The position numbers and the translations under genes are program-made. Below the pieces are notes generated by a model, which saw only the letters and a program-made list of their open reading frames with translations, made no database searches and had not been told where the DNA came from. This document shows positions 63,659 through 64,000 of a DNA stretch of 64,000 nucleotides, piece by piece. The DNA comes from an uncultured delta proteobacterium. Lineage in GTDB: Bacteria; Desulfobacterota; Binatia; Bin18. The stretch is taken from positions 41,529 to 105,528 of the forward strand of contig CAVTCR010000012.1 of assembly GCA_963733195.1 (NCBI GenBank). The letters are read 5' to 3'. Position 1 is the first letter of the stretch. The number at the start of each line of letters is the position of its first letter.

Positions 63659-63745
63659 CTGACCGAGATCTACGGCTGGTTCACCGAAGGGTTTGACACC
63701 AAGGACTTGCAAGAGGCGAAGGCGCTGTTGGAGGAGTTAACCTGA
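63659..63745 (+). pseudogene. Orphan 3' end of an AAA-TPR gene
   Basis: LTEIYGWFTEGFDTKDLQEAKALLEELT*, with in-frame stop just upstream (63644). Confidence 0.85.
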
Positions 63746-63813
63746 AGCAGACAATCGCCGCCCAAGAGTATATCGCTGCCTGATTCTATTTACACACTTA
63801 TTGCCAAGACCTC
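63746..63813 (+). mobile_element. IS256-like right end (last transposase codons + IR)
   Basis: KQTIAAQEYIAA* parallels QQTARTRERIAA* at 50251; followed by tttacacacttattgccaagacctc. Confidence 0.7.
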
Positions 63814-64000
63814 CTTCTGGACTGTACAACCTACTGCCGGAAAAATAGAGAATAAGCTTTTGAAAAGATGGAAAAACTATATAATGTGATGCACAGAACT
63901 CAACCAGCTAAGGATGTTGTTGGAGGTTATTGAACATCATCCTCATTTCTTGTGGTGGCGCTACGCACAAAGTTCGATAAGAGTTGACGAAGGGGAGCCA

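Overview
Bacterial chromosomal window. Many single-base frameshifts in otherwise intact genes point to an unpolished long-read assembly or MAG rather than true decay. The expansion of cyclase/wHTH-AAA-TPR paralogs is reminiscent of Ca. Binatia, but that is inference only. 1-23 kb is a nitrogen-assimilation region: amtB 3' end, GAF histidine kinase plus sigma54 activator, nrtABCD with an alginate-export-type porin, bfr, nirBD, an unusual nitrate reductase module (NarI-like membrane protein, Mo-bisPGD subunit, 4Fe-4S protein, membrane Rieske, small membrane protein) and cobA. A convergent ATP-grasp/alpha-E/Anbu operon follows. Three exact sigma54 -24/-12 promoters and NtrC-type boxes are visible. 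23-32 kb holds two STAND-type (AAA-TPR) signalling genes whose loops carry in-frame REP palindromes and 7-mer repeats, plus a SnoaL gene with 11-bp-periodic operator repeats and higBA. 32-45 kb is acyl-CoA/housekeeping metabolism (crotonase, carboxyltransferase, TPP enzyme, AgpS-like, ccr, sufT, apaG, MFS). 45.2-63.8 kb is an 18.6-kb segment bracketed by matching IS256-like inverted ends. It carries a FAD monooxygenase, two more STAND genes, a nested IS graveyard, and an uncharacterised small protein + DDxxD prenyltransferase-like enzyme + PAS kinase cluster. No rRNA, tRNA or CRISPR array was seen.
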